Part shown: positions 9,486-19,105 of the stretch, piece by piece
How positions within the stretch are numbered: position 1 is the stretch's first letter
How the letters are laid out: each line of letters opens with the position of its first letter
Source: a virus
Strand: one strand, 5' to 3'
Virus record (IMG/VR): IMGVR_UViG_3300023178_000019
Span: 34,564-98,563 of that record
DNA length: 64,000 bases
Translations under genes and position numbers: made by a program
Notes under the pieces: generated by a model
Seen by the model: only the letters and a program-made list of their open reading frames with translations
What the model was told of the DNA's origin: nothing
The model's database searches: none

Positions 9486-10300
9486 AAATTTTAATTACTG
9501 GACACAAAGGATTTATTGGACAAAATCTAACTCTTAGATTACAAGACGAACACGAGCTATCAGGATATGAATGGCAAGCTGATTATTTGCCTGAAGTTGA
9601 AGGCTATGATTGGGTTATTCATTTAGGTGCTATTTCAAGCACAGCTGAACGTAATGTTGATAAGATCATGTTACAAAATTATGAATTTTCAAAATGGTTG
9701 TTTAATCAATGTAATCTAAAAGGTGTAAATTTTCAATATGCATCTAGTGCAAGTGTATATGGACCATACGAAAAGTTTAAAGAAGAAGATCCAAAACAAC
9801 CACAAAGTCCGTATGCTTGGAGCAAGTATCTTTTTGATAGATGGGTTACTGGACTCTCAAAAAGAAACATTATAGTTCAAGGATTTAGATATTTTAATGT
9901 ATACGGTCCTTTAGAAGACCACAAAGGACATCAAGCAAGTCCTATAACTAAATTTACTAATCAAGCAAAAGAAACTGGTACTATTTCTTTATTTGAAAAC
10001 AGCGACAAATACAAAAGAGATTTTATTTTTGTAGGCGATGTATGTGAAGCACATAAAAAATTATTATCTAGTGATGTTTCCGACATTTATAATATAGGAA
10101 CAGGAACTACTACAAGTTTTCAACAAATAGCAGACATTATTGCTAAAAAATATGATGCAAAAATTAAATATGTACCGATGCCGGATCATTTAGCAAATCA
10201 ATATCAAGAGTACACATGTGCAGACAATTCAAAATTAAGTAATATTGTAAAAATTAATTTTACAACAGTAGAGGAATATATAAATGGATCAGCCAACTAG
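9482..10300 (+). CDS. hldD: ADP-L-glycero-D-manno-heptose 6-epimerase
   Basis: Extended SDR: TGHKGFIG, HLGAISST, YASSASVYG, YAWSK, FRYFNVYGP.EDHKG..AS, YQEYTCAD. Confidence 0.9.
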   Translation: MKILITGHKGFIGQNLTLRLQDEHELSGYEWQADYLPEVEGYDWVIHLGAISSTAERNVDKIMLQNYEFSKWLFNQCNLKGVNFQYASSASVYGPYEKFKEEDPKQPQSPYAWSKYLFDRWVTGLSKRNIIVQGFRYFNVYGPLEDHKGHQASPITKFTNQAKETGTISLFENSDKYKRDFIFVGDVCEAHKKLLSSDVSDIYNIGTGTTTSFQQIADIIAKKYDAKIKYVPMPDHLANQYQEYTCADNSKLSNIVKINFTTVEEYINGSAN

Positions 10301-10670
10301 AAAGTCAGGTGTAGATCAAAAAGGTTGGGGCTACGAAATGATTTGGGCCACAAATGATTTATACTGCGGAAAAATTATGGTGTTTACTAGAGCTGGAGCA
10401 AAAACTAGTATGCACTTTCATAAAGAAAAAGACGAAACTTGGTTTGTAAACAACGGCAAATTTAAGGTTGCATACATTGATACAAAAAATTCAAAACTAC
10501 ATGAAAAAGAACTTAATGAAGGCGAAGTTTGGAGGAATCCTCCATTACAGCCACATCAATTAATTTGTCTTTCGAAAGAAGGAAGTGTTACAGAAGTTAG
10601 CACTCCAGATAGTGTTGAAGACAACTATAGAATTATTCCCGGCGACAGTCAAGTATTAAGCGAAGAATAA
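10284..10670 (+). CDS. Cupin-fold protein, putative sugar-phosphate isomerase
   Basis: KGWGYE..W, SMHFHKEKDETW, PPLQPHQL (cupin metal-binding His/Glu residues). Confidence 0.75.
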   Translation: MDQPTRKSGVDQKGWGYEMIWATNDLYCGKIMVFTRAGAKTSMHFHKEKDETWFVNNGKFKVAYIDTKNSKLHEKELNEGEVWRNPPLQPHQLICLSKEGSVTEVSTPDSVEDNYRIIPGDSQVLSEE

Positions 10671-10671
10671 A

Positions 10672-11370
10672 ATGTATAGCATAAACTGGAGCAATAAAAA
10701 ATCAGACAACACTGTATCCGATAAAAAAGAATCTGCGATTCGATACAGTACAGATAAAACAGAAGAAGAATATAATATTCCATTCTACGATACTGTGAAT
10801 AATATTGCACCAAAAGTTGTTGTAGGTTTAGATAGAGACGGTGTTATTAATGTTGATCGTGGAGACTATACCTACAAGGTAGACGACTTTGAACCGATCG
10901 AAGGTAGTTTAAAAGCAATAGCTAAAATTCGTAGACTAGGTCATAAAATTGTTATTATAACAAATCAAGGCGGTATAAGTAAAGGCATTTATACTCAAAA
11001 CGATGTTGACACTGTACATAATCATATGTTTAATTTATTAGGTGAAGCAGGCTGTGCAAGTATAGATGCTCTTTATTATAGCGAAACTAGTGCTAGATGG
11101 GACCAGTATGCAAAACCTAATACCGGTATGTTTAAAAGATGTGAAAAAGAATTTCCTTTTATTAAATTTTCAAAAGGATTTTATGTAGGCGATAAAATAT
11201 CAGATCTAAAAGCTGCTTTTAAAATGGGAGCAAAGCCTGTACTAGTAAAAACAGGCTACGGAAATGAAACGTTAAAAGAACTTAACAAGTTTTCTAATCA
11301 AAAAATTAAAAAGAAAACTATTGTTTTTGATAATTTATCTAGCTTTGCTGATTGGTTATCTCGTCGATAG
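10672..11370 (+). CDS. gmhB: D,D-heptose 1,7-bisphosphate phosphatase (HAD family)
   Basis: LDRDGVIN, ITNQGGI, KPNTGM, VGDKISD, LVKTGYG, in an operon with hldE and hldD. Confidence 0.88.
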   Translation: MYSINWSNKKSDNTVSDKKESAIRYSTDKTEEEYNIPFYDTVNNIAPKVVVGLDRDGVINVDRGDYTYKVDDFEPIEGSLKAIAKIRRLGHKIVIITNQGGISKGIYTQNDVDTVHNHMFNLLGEAGCASIDALYYSETSARWDQYAKPNTGMFKRCEKEFPFIKFSKGFYVGDKISDLKAAFKMGAKPVLVKTGYGNETLKELNKFSNQKIKKKTIVFDNLSSFADWLSRR

Positions 11371-11962
11371 CTATTCCAAAATTTGCACTAATAGTGGATC
11401 TTAATTCATCAGCCTTGTGTGTTGATACATAATGATCTAAACTAGCAGGAAAGAAAATAATATCCCCTTCTTCTAGCGGCGGCGTAACTCTTCTTCCCAT
11501 AAACGGTTTGTTTGTAAAGCATTGTGCAAGATGTACCGGAAAATGACTGTAACTAGAATCATAAAAAGAAAAACTTGCACTGTTTGGTGGTAACTTTAAC
11601 ATATATGCACAGCTAATTACTAAATTTCCACCACTATGGGAATGTACTTCTTGGTATTGTCCTTTTGTATATCTATTTGCCCATGCTTGTCCGTACATTT
11701 TTTCACATGCTTCTTGTGACAATCCTATAGAATATGCATATTCGTCTACTAAATTATAAACAGTTTTAAAAAACAAATGCCAAGGAAATAAACTATTTTT
11801 TTCATCATTTTGAATTGTTGTTCTACAGTCACAATCCCAAAATGTTGCTTGATCAAAATTATCTTCAGACTCAATAAAAGGAGTAAATCCTTTTAAAATT
11901 TCTTCGTGATTAGGCATTTTTGTTTTATATACAGGTGTGCCAAAAATTACATTAAGACTCAT
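11339..11962 (-). CDS. 2OG-Fe(II) oxygenase-like protein
   Basis: WAN...HSH...EGDIIFFPASLDHYV...RSTISANF, the pattern of putative phage 2OG-Fe(II) oxygenases. Confidence 0.8.
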   Translation of the reverse strand: MSLNVIFGTPVYKTKMPNHEEILKGFTPFIESEDNFDQATFWDCDCRTTIQNDEKNSLFPWHLFFKTVYNLVDEYAYSIGLSQEACEKMYGQAWANRYTKGQYQEVHSHSGGNLVISCAYMLKLPPNSASFSFYDSSYSHFPVHLAQCFTNKPFMGRRVTPPLEEGDIIFFPASLDHYVSTHKADELRSTISANFGIAIDEITNQQS

Positions 11963-13745
11963 TTTTTACCTTTACTAACTTTTTCTTTTCTGGCAAATAC
12001 AAATATTCAATTTTACTTTTTGCTAGTGTATGGAATGCATCTTCTAAAGTTTCAACTAGAGGATCGCCGCCTAAATTAAAACTTGTATTAAAAATAATCG
12101 GACAACCTGTCTTTTCTTTAAAGGCTTTAATCAAATCATAGTAGTTTGCATTTTGTTCTCTGTTAACAGTTTGAATACGGCAAGTTCCGTCTACGTGAAT
12201 AATAGCAGGAATCTTTTCTTCTACTCCGGGCTGACAATTAACAGCATACATCATTGTAGGAGAGTTTTTCATACCTCGCAAGTCAAACCATTCATGCACA
12301 TCTTCTTCTAGAATAGATCCTGCAAATGGGCGGAAATATTCTCTGTTTTTAACACGATTTACAAAATCTTTTCCGTCAGGATCTGTTGGATCATAAAGAA
12401 TACTTCTATTACCTAATGCACGTGGGCCGTTTTCACTACGTCCTTGAAATATTGTAACAATATTTTTGTTTGTAATTAAGTCGATAACATCTTCATTAGT
12501 AGCATCTGTAACTTCGGCAGAGTATTTTTTTGCTAGTTGTTGGATATCACCTTCTGTAATTTTATAATCTGGTCCTAGATAAACAGTTTCAGCTTGAGAA
12601 TCAATCGACATATCTTTAGTAAGACTTCTATGTAACCACAATGCTGCACCCATTGCAGTGCCGCCGTCATTTGAAACCGGCTCTACATAAAGATTAATAT
12701 CATTGTCTATCTCTTTTAAATAATGATAATTTGCAACACAATTCAACCCATATCCACCGCTTATAACAACATTTTTAATTCCTGTAGATTCAACAGCATG
12801 TTTTATTAGTTGAGTTACCGCTGCTTGAGATTCTACTTGTACTGCATATGCCATATCTCTTCTATTTTGGCATAGTGTTGCATCTTCTTCACCTTTGTCA
12901 ATCAAATAACTATATAAATTTTCGTTTAGAATAGAACCGTTTGGATATCTCGGAACAAATAAACTTCTATTACTTACTGGAATAGGCAAATCAGTATATG
13001 GATCAAATACCGGAGGAATTAAATCATTAGGTTTACCATATGGAAATAATCCCATAGTTTTTCCAGCTTCAATGGCATCCCAGCCACAGTATTCTGTTAC
13101 ACCCTCATAACACTTAACAATGCCTGCTCTATCAGATAACGAAGTTGAAAATTTACCTATTTCTTTACCAAAAATATCTTGATCAGGTGCTGTAAGTTCT
13201 GCTGTTGGCAGATAGTCTCTACAACCCATAGTTTTAAAAAGAGTTTGTATATTGTCTGGATATGTACATTTATATAATGTTTCAGTTTCCCACATATGTT
13301 TTATAGATCCGTCAACTTCTAAATCAAAACAAGTCCCAGCACCGTCAACAATAACTGCTACTGCTTCTTCAAAGCCACTTCTATAAAATGCTAAACTGGC
13401 ATGCATTTTATGATGTAGTTTAGATACATCGATTACTTGTGGATGCGGATCCCAAGGCGGAGAATACTCTATTAGACCTACTTTTCTAGCAAGACCTGTG
13501 TAAATATCCTCAGCAGTATAATCAACTCTACCAGCTGTTTCTGCAAGAGTTTGTGTATGCGATATTACCATGTAATCAAGTTTGTCTGTATACTCTAAAA
13601 TTTTTAGAATTGACGCTAACGGTCCTCCATCGTACTTTTTACGAGTAAGTCTTTCTTCTTCAATAGAAAAAACTATTTCTCCATCTTTTAATAAGCATAC
13701 TCCAGCATTGTGTCCTCTAGCAAGTCCTGCTATCCACATACTCAT
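11952..13745 (-). CDS. O-carbamoyltransferase (NodU/CmcH family)
   Basis: GHNAG..L...EEERLTRKK, HHKMHA, VDGAG, GKTMGL, SGGYGLNC.AN, GRSENGPRALGNRSIL, REYFRPFA, HVDGTCRIQTV, NTSFNLGGDP. Confidence 0.92.
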   Translation of the reverse strand: MSMWIAGLARGHNAGVCLLKDGEIVFSIEEERLTRKKYDGGPLASILKILEYTDKLDYMVISHTQTLAETAGRVDYTAEDIYTGLARKVGLIEYSPPWDPHPQVIDVSKLHHKMHASLAFYRSGFEEAVAVIVDGAGTCFDLEVDGSIKHMWETETLYKCTYPDNIQTLFKTMGCRDYLPTAELTAPDQDIFGKEIGKFSTSLSDRAGIVKCYEGVTEYCGWDAIEAGKTMGLFPYGKPNDLIPPVFDPYTDLPIPVSNRSLFVPRYPNGSILNENLYSYLIDKGEEDATLCQNRRDMAYAVQVESQAAVTQLIKHAVESTGIKNVVISGGYGLNCVANYHYLKEIDNDINLYVEPVSNDGGTAMGAALWLHRSLTKDMSIDSQAETVYLGPDYKITEGDIQQLAKKYSAEVTDATNEDVIDLITNKNIVTIFQGRSENGPRALGNRSILYDPTDPDGKDFVNRVKNREYFRPFAGSILEEDVHEWFDLRGMKNSPTMMYAVNCQPGVEEKIPAIIHVDGTCRIQTVNREQNANYYDLIKAFKEKTGCPIIFNTSFNLGGDPLVETLEDAFHTLAKSKIEYLYLPEKKKLVKVKNES

Positions 13746-14722
13746 ACATTTTCTCCGAAATTTTCTTTTGGTTGTTTAGGTGCAGTCTTAATAGACTTAC
13801 CTACAGTTTGTTTAATTGATTTTACGATATCATTAATATGTTCTTTGCTCATATTCATTGCTTTATCGTTTAATCTATCTGGTTCTTCTTCAGTACTTAC
13901 ACGTATAGGACTATAAACTCTTCTACCGTCTCCTATATCAAACACTGTTATATCTTTGTCATTTAGATAAGTTGTGTTGATAGGAAAAGTACTTCCTGTA
14001 ATTACAGTTGCTTGTTTTCCTAAAGATTTTGCAATATGTTGTCCTACACTGTCACAACCTAAGAAATGATCAGCTGCTTCTATTACACCTGCCCATATTC
14101 TAATATCCGGTATTTGAGGTTGTGCAAGCGGAGTGTTATCGCCGTCTTCATTATAAAATGGTAAGGGAAGTTCACTCATAATAATAACACCATAATCTTG
14201 TTTCAGTTGATTAGCAATATCAAGCATATCTTCTGCTCTAAAACTTCTAGATGTTTGGTCTATTAAACTTTCTTCAACACCTCGGCCAAATGGTTGTATT
14301 ACAATAACTTTATTAAATCCAGTAACATCTTTTACTTCTTGTACTACTGATTTTCCATTATGCTGTTCTGATTTATTAAGATATATGTTAGGTATAGGTA
14401 CTTCTCTTATGCCTTGTTTATTAATTTCAATATCAAATGCTTGTGCAAGACTACATTTTTGATTATAATATTCCCATATACGATATGGTTCTGGACTTAC
14501 ACAATTTCTATCTTTGATATATTGTTCAAATAATCCTTTATGCCATACATCGTATGCACGTCTATGAAGTGTAGGATGTCCTTTATAAAAGTCAGTTCCG
14601 CCTTCGCAAACAATAATAAAATCGTCATTTGGATTTTCTTTTTCATATAGTTCAAGTGCTGGAATTGAGGTTATAACACGACCGGCACCGCCGTTAATAA
14701 AGAATGCTGTAGATCTAGTCAT
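13742..14722 (-). CDS. Glycosyltransferase family 9 (heptosyltransferase-like)
   Basis: GGAGRVITSIPAL (GT9-like N-terminus), IQPFG, and ADHFLGCDSVGQHIAKSLGK matching the GT9 DS..xH.A..LG signature. Confidence 0.72.
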   Translation of the reverse strand: MTRSTAFFINGGAGRVITSIPALELYEKENPNDDFIIVCEGGTDFYKGHPTLHRRAYDVWHKGLFEQYIKDRNCVSPEPYRIWEYYNQKCSLAQAFDIEINKQGIREVPIPNIYLNKSEQHNGKSVVQEVKDVTGFNKVIVIQPFGRGVEESLIDQTSRSFRAEDMLDIANQLKQDYGVIIMSELPLPFYNEDGDNTPLAQPQIPDIRIWAGVIEAADHFLGCDSVGQHIAKSLGKQATVITGSTFPINTTYLNDKDITVFDIGDGRRVYSPIRVSTEEEPDRLNDKAMNMSKEHINDIVKSIKQTVGKSIKTAPKQPKENFGENV

Positions 14723-14748
14723 TAAGATACCTTTTTGTAATTACAAAA

Positions 14749-14756
14749 TATTTATA
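14749..14756 (-). promoter_or_regulatory. T4-type late promoter TATAAATA for the GT9/carbamoyltransferase/oxygenase operon
   Basis: Exact TATAAATA on the minus strand, 26 nt upstream of the GT9 start and downstream of a terminator. Confidence 0.75.
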
Positions 14757-14792
14757 GTACACTTGATCCTATAATTACAAAAATGGTTTCAT

Positions 14793-14823
14793 AAAAAAAG
14801 GCTGTACAAATATACAGCCTTTT
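14793..14823. terminator. Intrinsic terminator (bidirectional form) after the tail-fibre operon
   Basis: AAAAAAAGGCTGTA-CAAATA-TACAGCCTTTT. Confidence 0.85.
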
Positions 14824-14841
14824 AAGTTTTATATGTAACAG

Positions 14842-15681
14842 TTATTCACCGTATGGGTTATTAGAATCATAGCCTTCAACGCCATACTCTTCATTTAGTT
14901 CATCACACTCTGGCCAACAAGAATCAACAAAGATTAAATCAATTCCTGCATCTTGCATTACTTGCGGAAAGTCTCTAAGACGTTGCTTGTATGTTTCGAT
15001 GCCTGCGGCTCTGTCTGCATCTACGCTTGAAAAAACCATTGCCGGTGCATCTGCTTCGGCAAGTCTTTGGTTTCTCTCAACTTTTATCATAGGCCATGTC
15101 TGAGGTAGTCCCATTACATCTACGTTTGAATTTTTATATAGGTCTAACGAATTAGTTTCAAAGTTCCATATAGATTTTTTATCATCGTATAACTCGTCTG
15201 GATGAATTGGATATTCGTATGAAAAATGTCCATACCCTTCAATCGGAGTTGCAGGGATTGTTTTTTCACCAGGAGTTTCCTCCCAATCTTCTAAATCTTT
15301 ATAATTATCATGATAATCTGATAAAACTTCAGCACCCAATGGATCTACAGTAGCATCGAGTTTAATAAGTTCTACTTCTTCTGGAATTTGACTAAAATCT
15401 TGTGTGATTTCTCTTGCTTCAAATTCTCTCCATACAGACTCAAATGATCCTACAGGATTTGCTCCTTCCGTATCCTTCCAAGCATAAAAATAAAGATACT
15501 TAGGTCCTTTATATGTCATACTAATTGTTTCTGTTGTTTCACCGTCTAGATAATTATCATTAGGACAATCATATGTATAATTTACCTCAACCCACTCAGT
15601 ACCGTGTTCATCAGTATCTGTTATAGTACGATAATCAACTACTTCGCTTTCTAATTCATCATTTAAATTGTCATCAGCCAT
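14842..15681 (-). CDS. Acidic protein with a tail-fibre assembly chaperone-like C-terminus
   Basis: IKVERNQRLAEAD...YKQRLRDFPQ...WP resembles phage tail assembly chaperones. Lies downstream of fibre genes. Confidence 0.6.
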   Translation of the reverse strand: MADDNLNDELESEVVDYRTITDTDEHGTEWVEVNYTYDCPNDNYLDGETTETISMTYKGPKYLYFYAWKDTEGANPVGSFESVWREFEAREITQDFSQIPEEVELIKLDATVDPLGAEVLSDYHDNYKDLEDWEETPGEKTIPATPIEGYGHFSYEYPIHPDELYDDKKSIWNFETNSLDLYKNSNVDVMGLPQTWPMIKVERNQRLAEADAPAMVFSSVDADRAAGIETYKQRLRDFPQVMQDAGIDLIFVDSCWPECDELNEEYGVEGYDSNNPYGE

Positions 15682-15684
15682 TAA

Positions 15685-16548
15685 TTATCTCCAAGTAATT
15701 CTTACTAGTCCAGGATTTCCAGGTGTACCTCTACAGTTTCCTAAATCCTGTCCACACGTTGCTTTAATTAGATTTGACCCTGCCTTGGCAATTTGTCTAA
15801 ATCCTTTACAACAATTTGTACAACCGCAGTACTTAGTACCTGTCTGCATAGCATATTCGTGTCTATTTTTAATACCCCATGATTCTGATGTAGCACTTGC
15901 TCGTGAACCACAGTTCATGTTTGATCTGTATCTGTTAAAATAAGATTCGTTACCTAAGTCAACAAAATCCCATTTACAACCAATACATAGTCCTAAGTTA
16001 CACATGCCTTCACTTCTGTTACCTTGGTTGATACAGAAGCATACACAATATAGATTGTATCCGCCTCTTCCGCCCGGTACACATCCGCAACATATACCCG
16101 ATCCGCTAAACCAACTACCACATCCTCTTGGTGCATCACAACAAGCCGTAAAACACCCACAACCGTTATTGGTTGTACCATTGCCGCCTGCTCCTACACA
16201 GTAGTTGTAACTACATCCTGGTACAAACTGTCCATCAATTCTTCTAATAGTCTTCCGACCATAATATCCAGCATAAGCGCCACAACTTGCAATGTCGCAG
16301 AAACAGTTTCTACAACATTGGCCTGCTCCCGAGCCGCCGCCACTCCATACTTCAAATGTTATCTCTGATGCACACGTTGGTGCCGACCAACTTCCGCAAC
16401 GTCCGCAGTGCGCTCGACATCCGTGCGGACCGTTACACACTGAGCATGTATTAAAACATTGAAACATGCCCCCAGAGGTAACACCTTGTGTTCTTTGGCA
16501 CGTTCCGTCTGGAAATCTAATACCATCTGCGTATAAACAAGTTGCCAT
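15685..16548 (-). CDS. Cys/Gly-rich tail-fibre-associated (adhesin-like) protein
   Basis: About 37 Cys in 287 aa (hand count). FEVWSGGGSG and C-terminal GNPGLVRITW resemble glycine-rich fibre-tip proteins. Confidence 0.6.
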   Translation of the reverse strand: MATCLYADGIRFPDGTCQRTQGVTSGGMFQCFNTCSVCNGPHGCRAHCGRCGSWSAPTCASEITFEVWSGGGSGAGQCCRNCFCDIASCGAYAGYYGRKTIRRIDGQFVPGCSYNYCVGAGGNGTTNNGCGCFTACCDAPRGCGSWFSGSGICCGCVPGGRGGYNLYCVCFCINQGNRSEGMCNLGLCIGCKWDFVDLGNESYFNRYRSNMNCGSRASATSESWGIKNRHEYAMQTGTKYCGCTNCCKGFRQIAKAGSNLIKATCGQDLGNCRGTPGNPGLVRITWR

Positions 16549-18753
16549 TTATTCCTCTCCTTTTAAACTATTTATTTCTGCTTTTAGTTCTTTGATTGCT
16601 TCAACTAATAATGGTACAAGTCTTTCGTATTGCAATGTTATGTAGTCATTGCCTGAAATACTTTCACCTTCTTCTCCTCTATCAAATGGAGCATCGTGAA
16701 TCACTTGAGGAAGAACTTTTTGAACCTCTTGCGCTATTAAACCTACTTCTTCGACTTCAGCACTAAATCCAGCTTCAATGGCTGTTTCATTCCAGTTATA
16801 TGTTATACCGTTTAGTGACATAACTTTATCTAATGCACTGTCAATGTTTTTAATATTTGTTTTAAGTCTTGCATCTGAAGTATTTGAAATAATATTTTCA
16901 GTAGCAGTAATACGTCCTGCAACGTTTGGATCTGCTGTGTTAACACCAATACAACGTACACTTGTAAGATTTTTGCTTGAGTCAAACAAATCATTGCCTG
17001 CCATTTTAATAGCACCAACGTTTACGTTAATACCTGTATCGTCTAAAATTTGGAACCAAATTTTATTTGAATCTTCTGGTTCTTTAAAGTCTAATCCTTC
17101 AGGTGTTGCAAGTATTTCACAGTCAACGCCTGAGTCACTTGAACCATTAAATGTAATACCTGGATTAGTAGTACCGTATAAGTTTATTTTACCGCCGTTA
17201 TTATTAATAGTACCGTTAATAGTATGTGAGTCACTTGTTGCATTACCTAGTGTGCCGTTACCGTTATAACTAAAGTTACCACTTGCACTTAGACTTGTAA
17301 ATGCACCTGAACTAGCACTACTTGCACCGATTGACATATTGTTAATTGTACCACTACCCGGGTTAAGTGTTAGTGACCCTGCTGGTGATATAGTAACTGT
17401 ACCTGTACCACTTGGTGACATAGTTACGTTAGCATTATTTGGTGAAAATGTAACTGTTGAGTTAGCATCGAGTGTTGTAAACTGTCCAGTACTTCTTGAT
17501 ACGTTACCAATTGCGCCTACAAAGCCGCCTCCTGAATAAACACGTTTAGCAATACTTGCACCACCTTCACAACGTAACTGTCCTGTGTCACCTGTTGCAT
17601 TTGTTGCTTCACCTGTGCCTGTAATATCTACTACACCACTTGCTGTTACACTTGTAAAAGTACCTGTATTGCTACTTACGTTACCAATTGGACCTTGGAA
17701 ACTACCTGAATAAAGTGCTCCGCTTACACCTAATCCGCCTGTTATAACTACTGTACCTGTTGTAGTATTAGTTGATGCTGTATTTGCTGTAAATGTTGTT
17801 GCACCGCTTGATGTTAGTGTAGTAAATGCACCTGTATTAGCTGTACCGCTGCCAACTGGCCCATTGATTCCGCCTGCGTAGATTGATCCACCTACGCCTA
17901 CACCACCTGTTACAACTACTGCACCGCTTCCTGTTCCTGAACTTGCTGTTGCAGAGCTAAGTGTTACATTACCACTTGCGTTAAGTGTTGTAAATCTACC
18001 AGTTCCTGGTGTTGTAGCACCAATATTCATGCCATCTATTGTACCTGCACTGTCAGAACTAATTGTTACTGTAGTACCTGATCCTATTACTACTGGACCA
18101 TCTGGATCTATAGTAACTGCTGAACCTGCATCTGTTGGAGAAATTGTAACAGTTTGTCCTGACGTTGTAAATTCAATGTTACCTGGAAAACTTGTAGTTT
18201 CTCCTGCATCACCGATTGATACTGTACCCGTACTAGAACTTAAATTTAAGTTTCCTGCAGGACGAATAGTTGCTTGTCCGCCTGGCTGTATTGAGACGGA
18301 GGATTGCGGACTAATGTCAACTGTTCCTGTTCCTGTTGGTTTAATTTGTATGTTTTCATCTGCAGGATTAAGTTCTACTGGACCATCTGCATTTAGTACA
18401 TCATTAAATGTAACTGGTAATTCAAATACTGTAGTACCTGCTAACGCACTTGTTAGAACGTAATTAGTACCGTCTGATGTTAAAGTATAAGTTGAGTTTG
18501 TTGGAATATCAATCTCAGTACCTAGTGTAACACCGTTACCAGTAATTTGTCCTGCTGCTGTACTAAGAGTAATCATATCAGCAGTAGCATTATAAAATGT
18601 TTGTTTGCTACCAGGGAAAAATACAGGACTTACCATTTCAACTGTATATCCCGGAGTTCCGGTTAAACTGATAATTCCACCTGTAAACGCATAGGTAAAT
18701 TCTGTTGCTCCGGTTACTTCTAGCGTTTGTGGTGCTGTATTATAACGTGCCAT
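16549..18753 (-). CDS. Tail fibre with C-terminal intramolecular chaperone (peptidase S74)
   Basis: Ser/Thr/Gly-rich shaft (GAFTTL repeats) and C-terminal SDARLKTNI...GLIAQEVQKVLP...YERLVPLLVEAIKEL. Confidence 0.88.
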   Translation of the reverse strand: MARYNTAPQTLEVTGATEFTYAFTGGIISLTGTPGYTVEMVSPVFFPGSKQTFYNATADMITLSTAAGQITGNGVTLGTEIDIPTNSTYTLTSDGTNYVLTSALAGTTVFELPVTFNDVLNADGPVELNPADENIQIKPTGTGTVDISPQSSVSIQPGGQATIRPAGNLNLSSSTGTVSIGDAGETTSFPGNIEFTTSGQTVTISPTDAGSAVTIDPDGPVVIGSGTTVTISSDSAGTIDGMNIGATTPGTGRFTTLNASGNVTLSSATASSGTGSGAVVVTGGVGVGGSIYAGGINGPVGSGTANTGAFTTLTSSGATTFTANTASTNTTTGTVVITGGLGVSGALYSGSFQGPIGNVSSNTGTFTSVTASGVVDITGTGEATNATGDTGQLRCEGGASIAKRVYSGGGFVGAIGNVSRSTGQFTTLDANSTVTFSPNNANVTMSPSGTGTVTISPAGSLTLNPGSGTINNMSIGASSASSGAFTSLSASGNFSYNGNGTLGNATSDSHTINGTINNNGGKINLYGTTNPGITFNGSSDSGVDCEILATPEGLDFKEPEDSNKIWFQILDDTGINVNVGAIKMAGNDLFDSSKNLTSVRCIGVNTADPNVAGRITATENIISNTSDARLKTNIKNIDSALDKVMSLNGITYNWNETAIEAGFSAEVEEVGLIAQEVQKVLPQVIHDAPFDRGEEGESISGNDYITLQYERLVPLLVEAIKELKAEINSLKGEE

Positions 18754-18768
18754 TCTTTATTCCCCTAA

Positions 18769-19089
18769 TTACGTTGTAGATGTTTCAATGCCGTACACAG
18801 TAACTCCAACATTTGATGCATCTGTGTTTACTACTATATTTAGTCCACCTTGCATAACTAAGCCTGTGCGTTCAAACACACCGTTTGGAATAATAATTGT
18901 ATTCCATTCGATCCATTCTTCATCATTTGGCACGCCTGTAGTTGCCATTGCTAATTTCATTGAAATAGCGTTTTGGTTTCTATTAGTAATTGAAACGTTT
19001 GCTACTGCATATGTACCGACCGGAACAGTATATACAGTGGTGTCTGTATTTAATGTTAAGTCTTGTACTCCTAGTCTTCCTGTTGCCAT
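18769..19089 (-). CDS. Small beta-rich virion-associated protein (paralogue 1)
   Basis: 106 aa with GGAG RBS. Similar in pattern to 38630..38959 and 49599..49946. Confidence 0.65.
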   Translation of the reverse strand: MATGRLGVQDLTLNTDTTVYTVPVGTYAVANVSITNRNQNAISMKLAMATTGVPNDEEWIEWNTIIIPNGVFERTGLVMQGGLNIVVNTDASNVGVTVYGIETSTT

Positions 19090-19105
19090 TTTTAATTCTC
19101 CGTCC

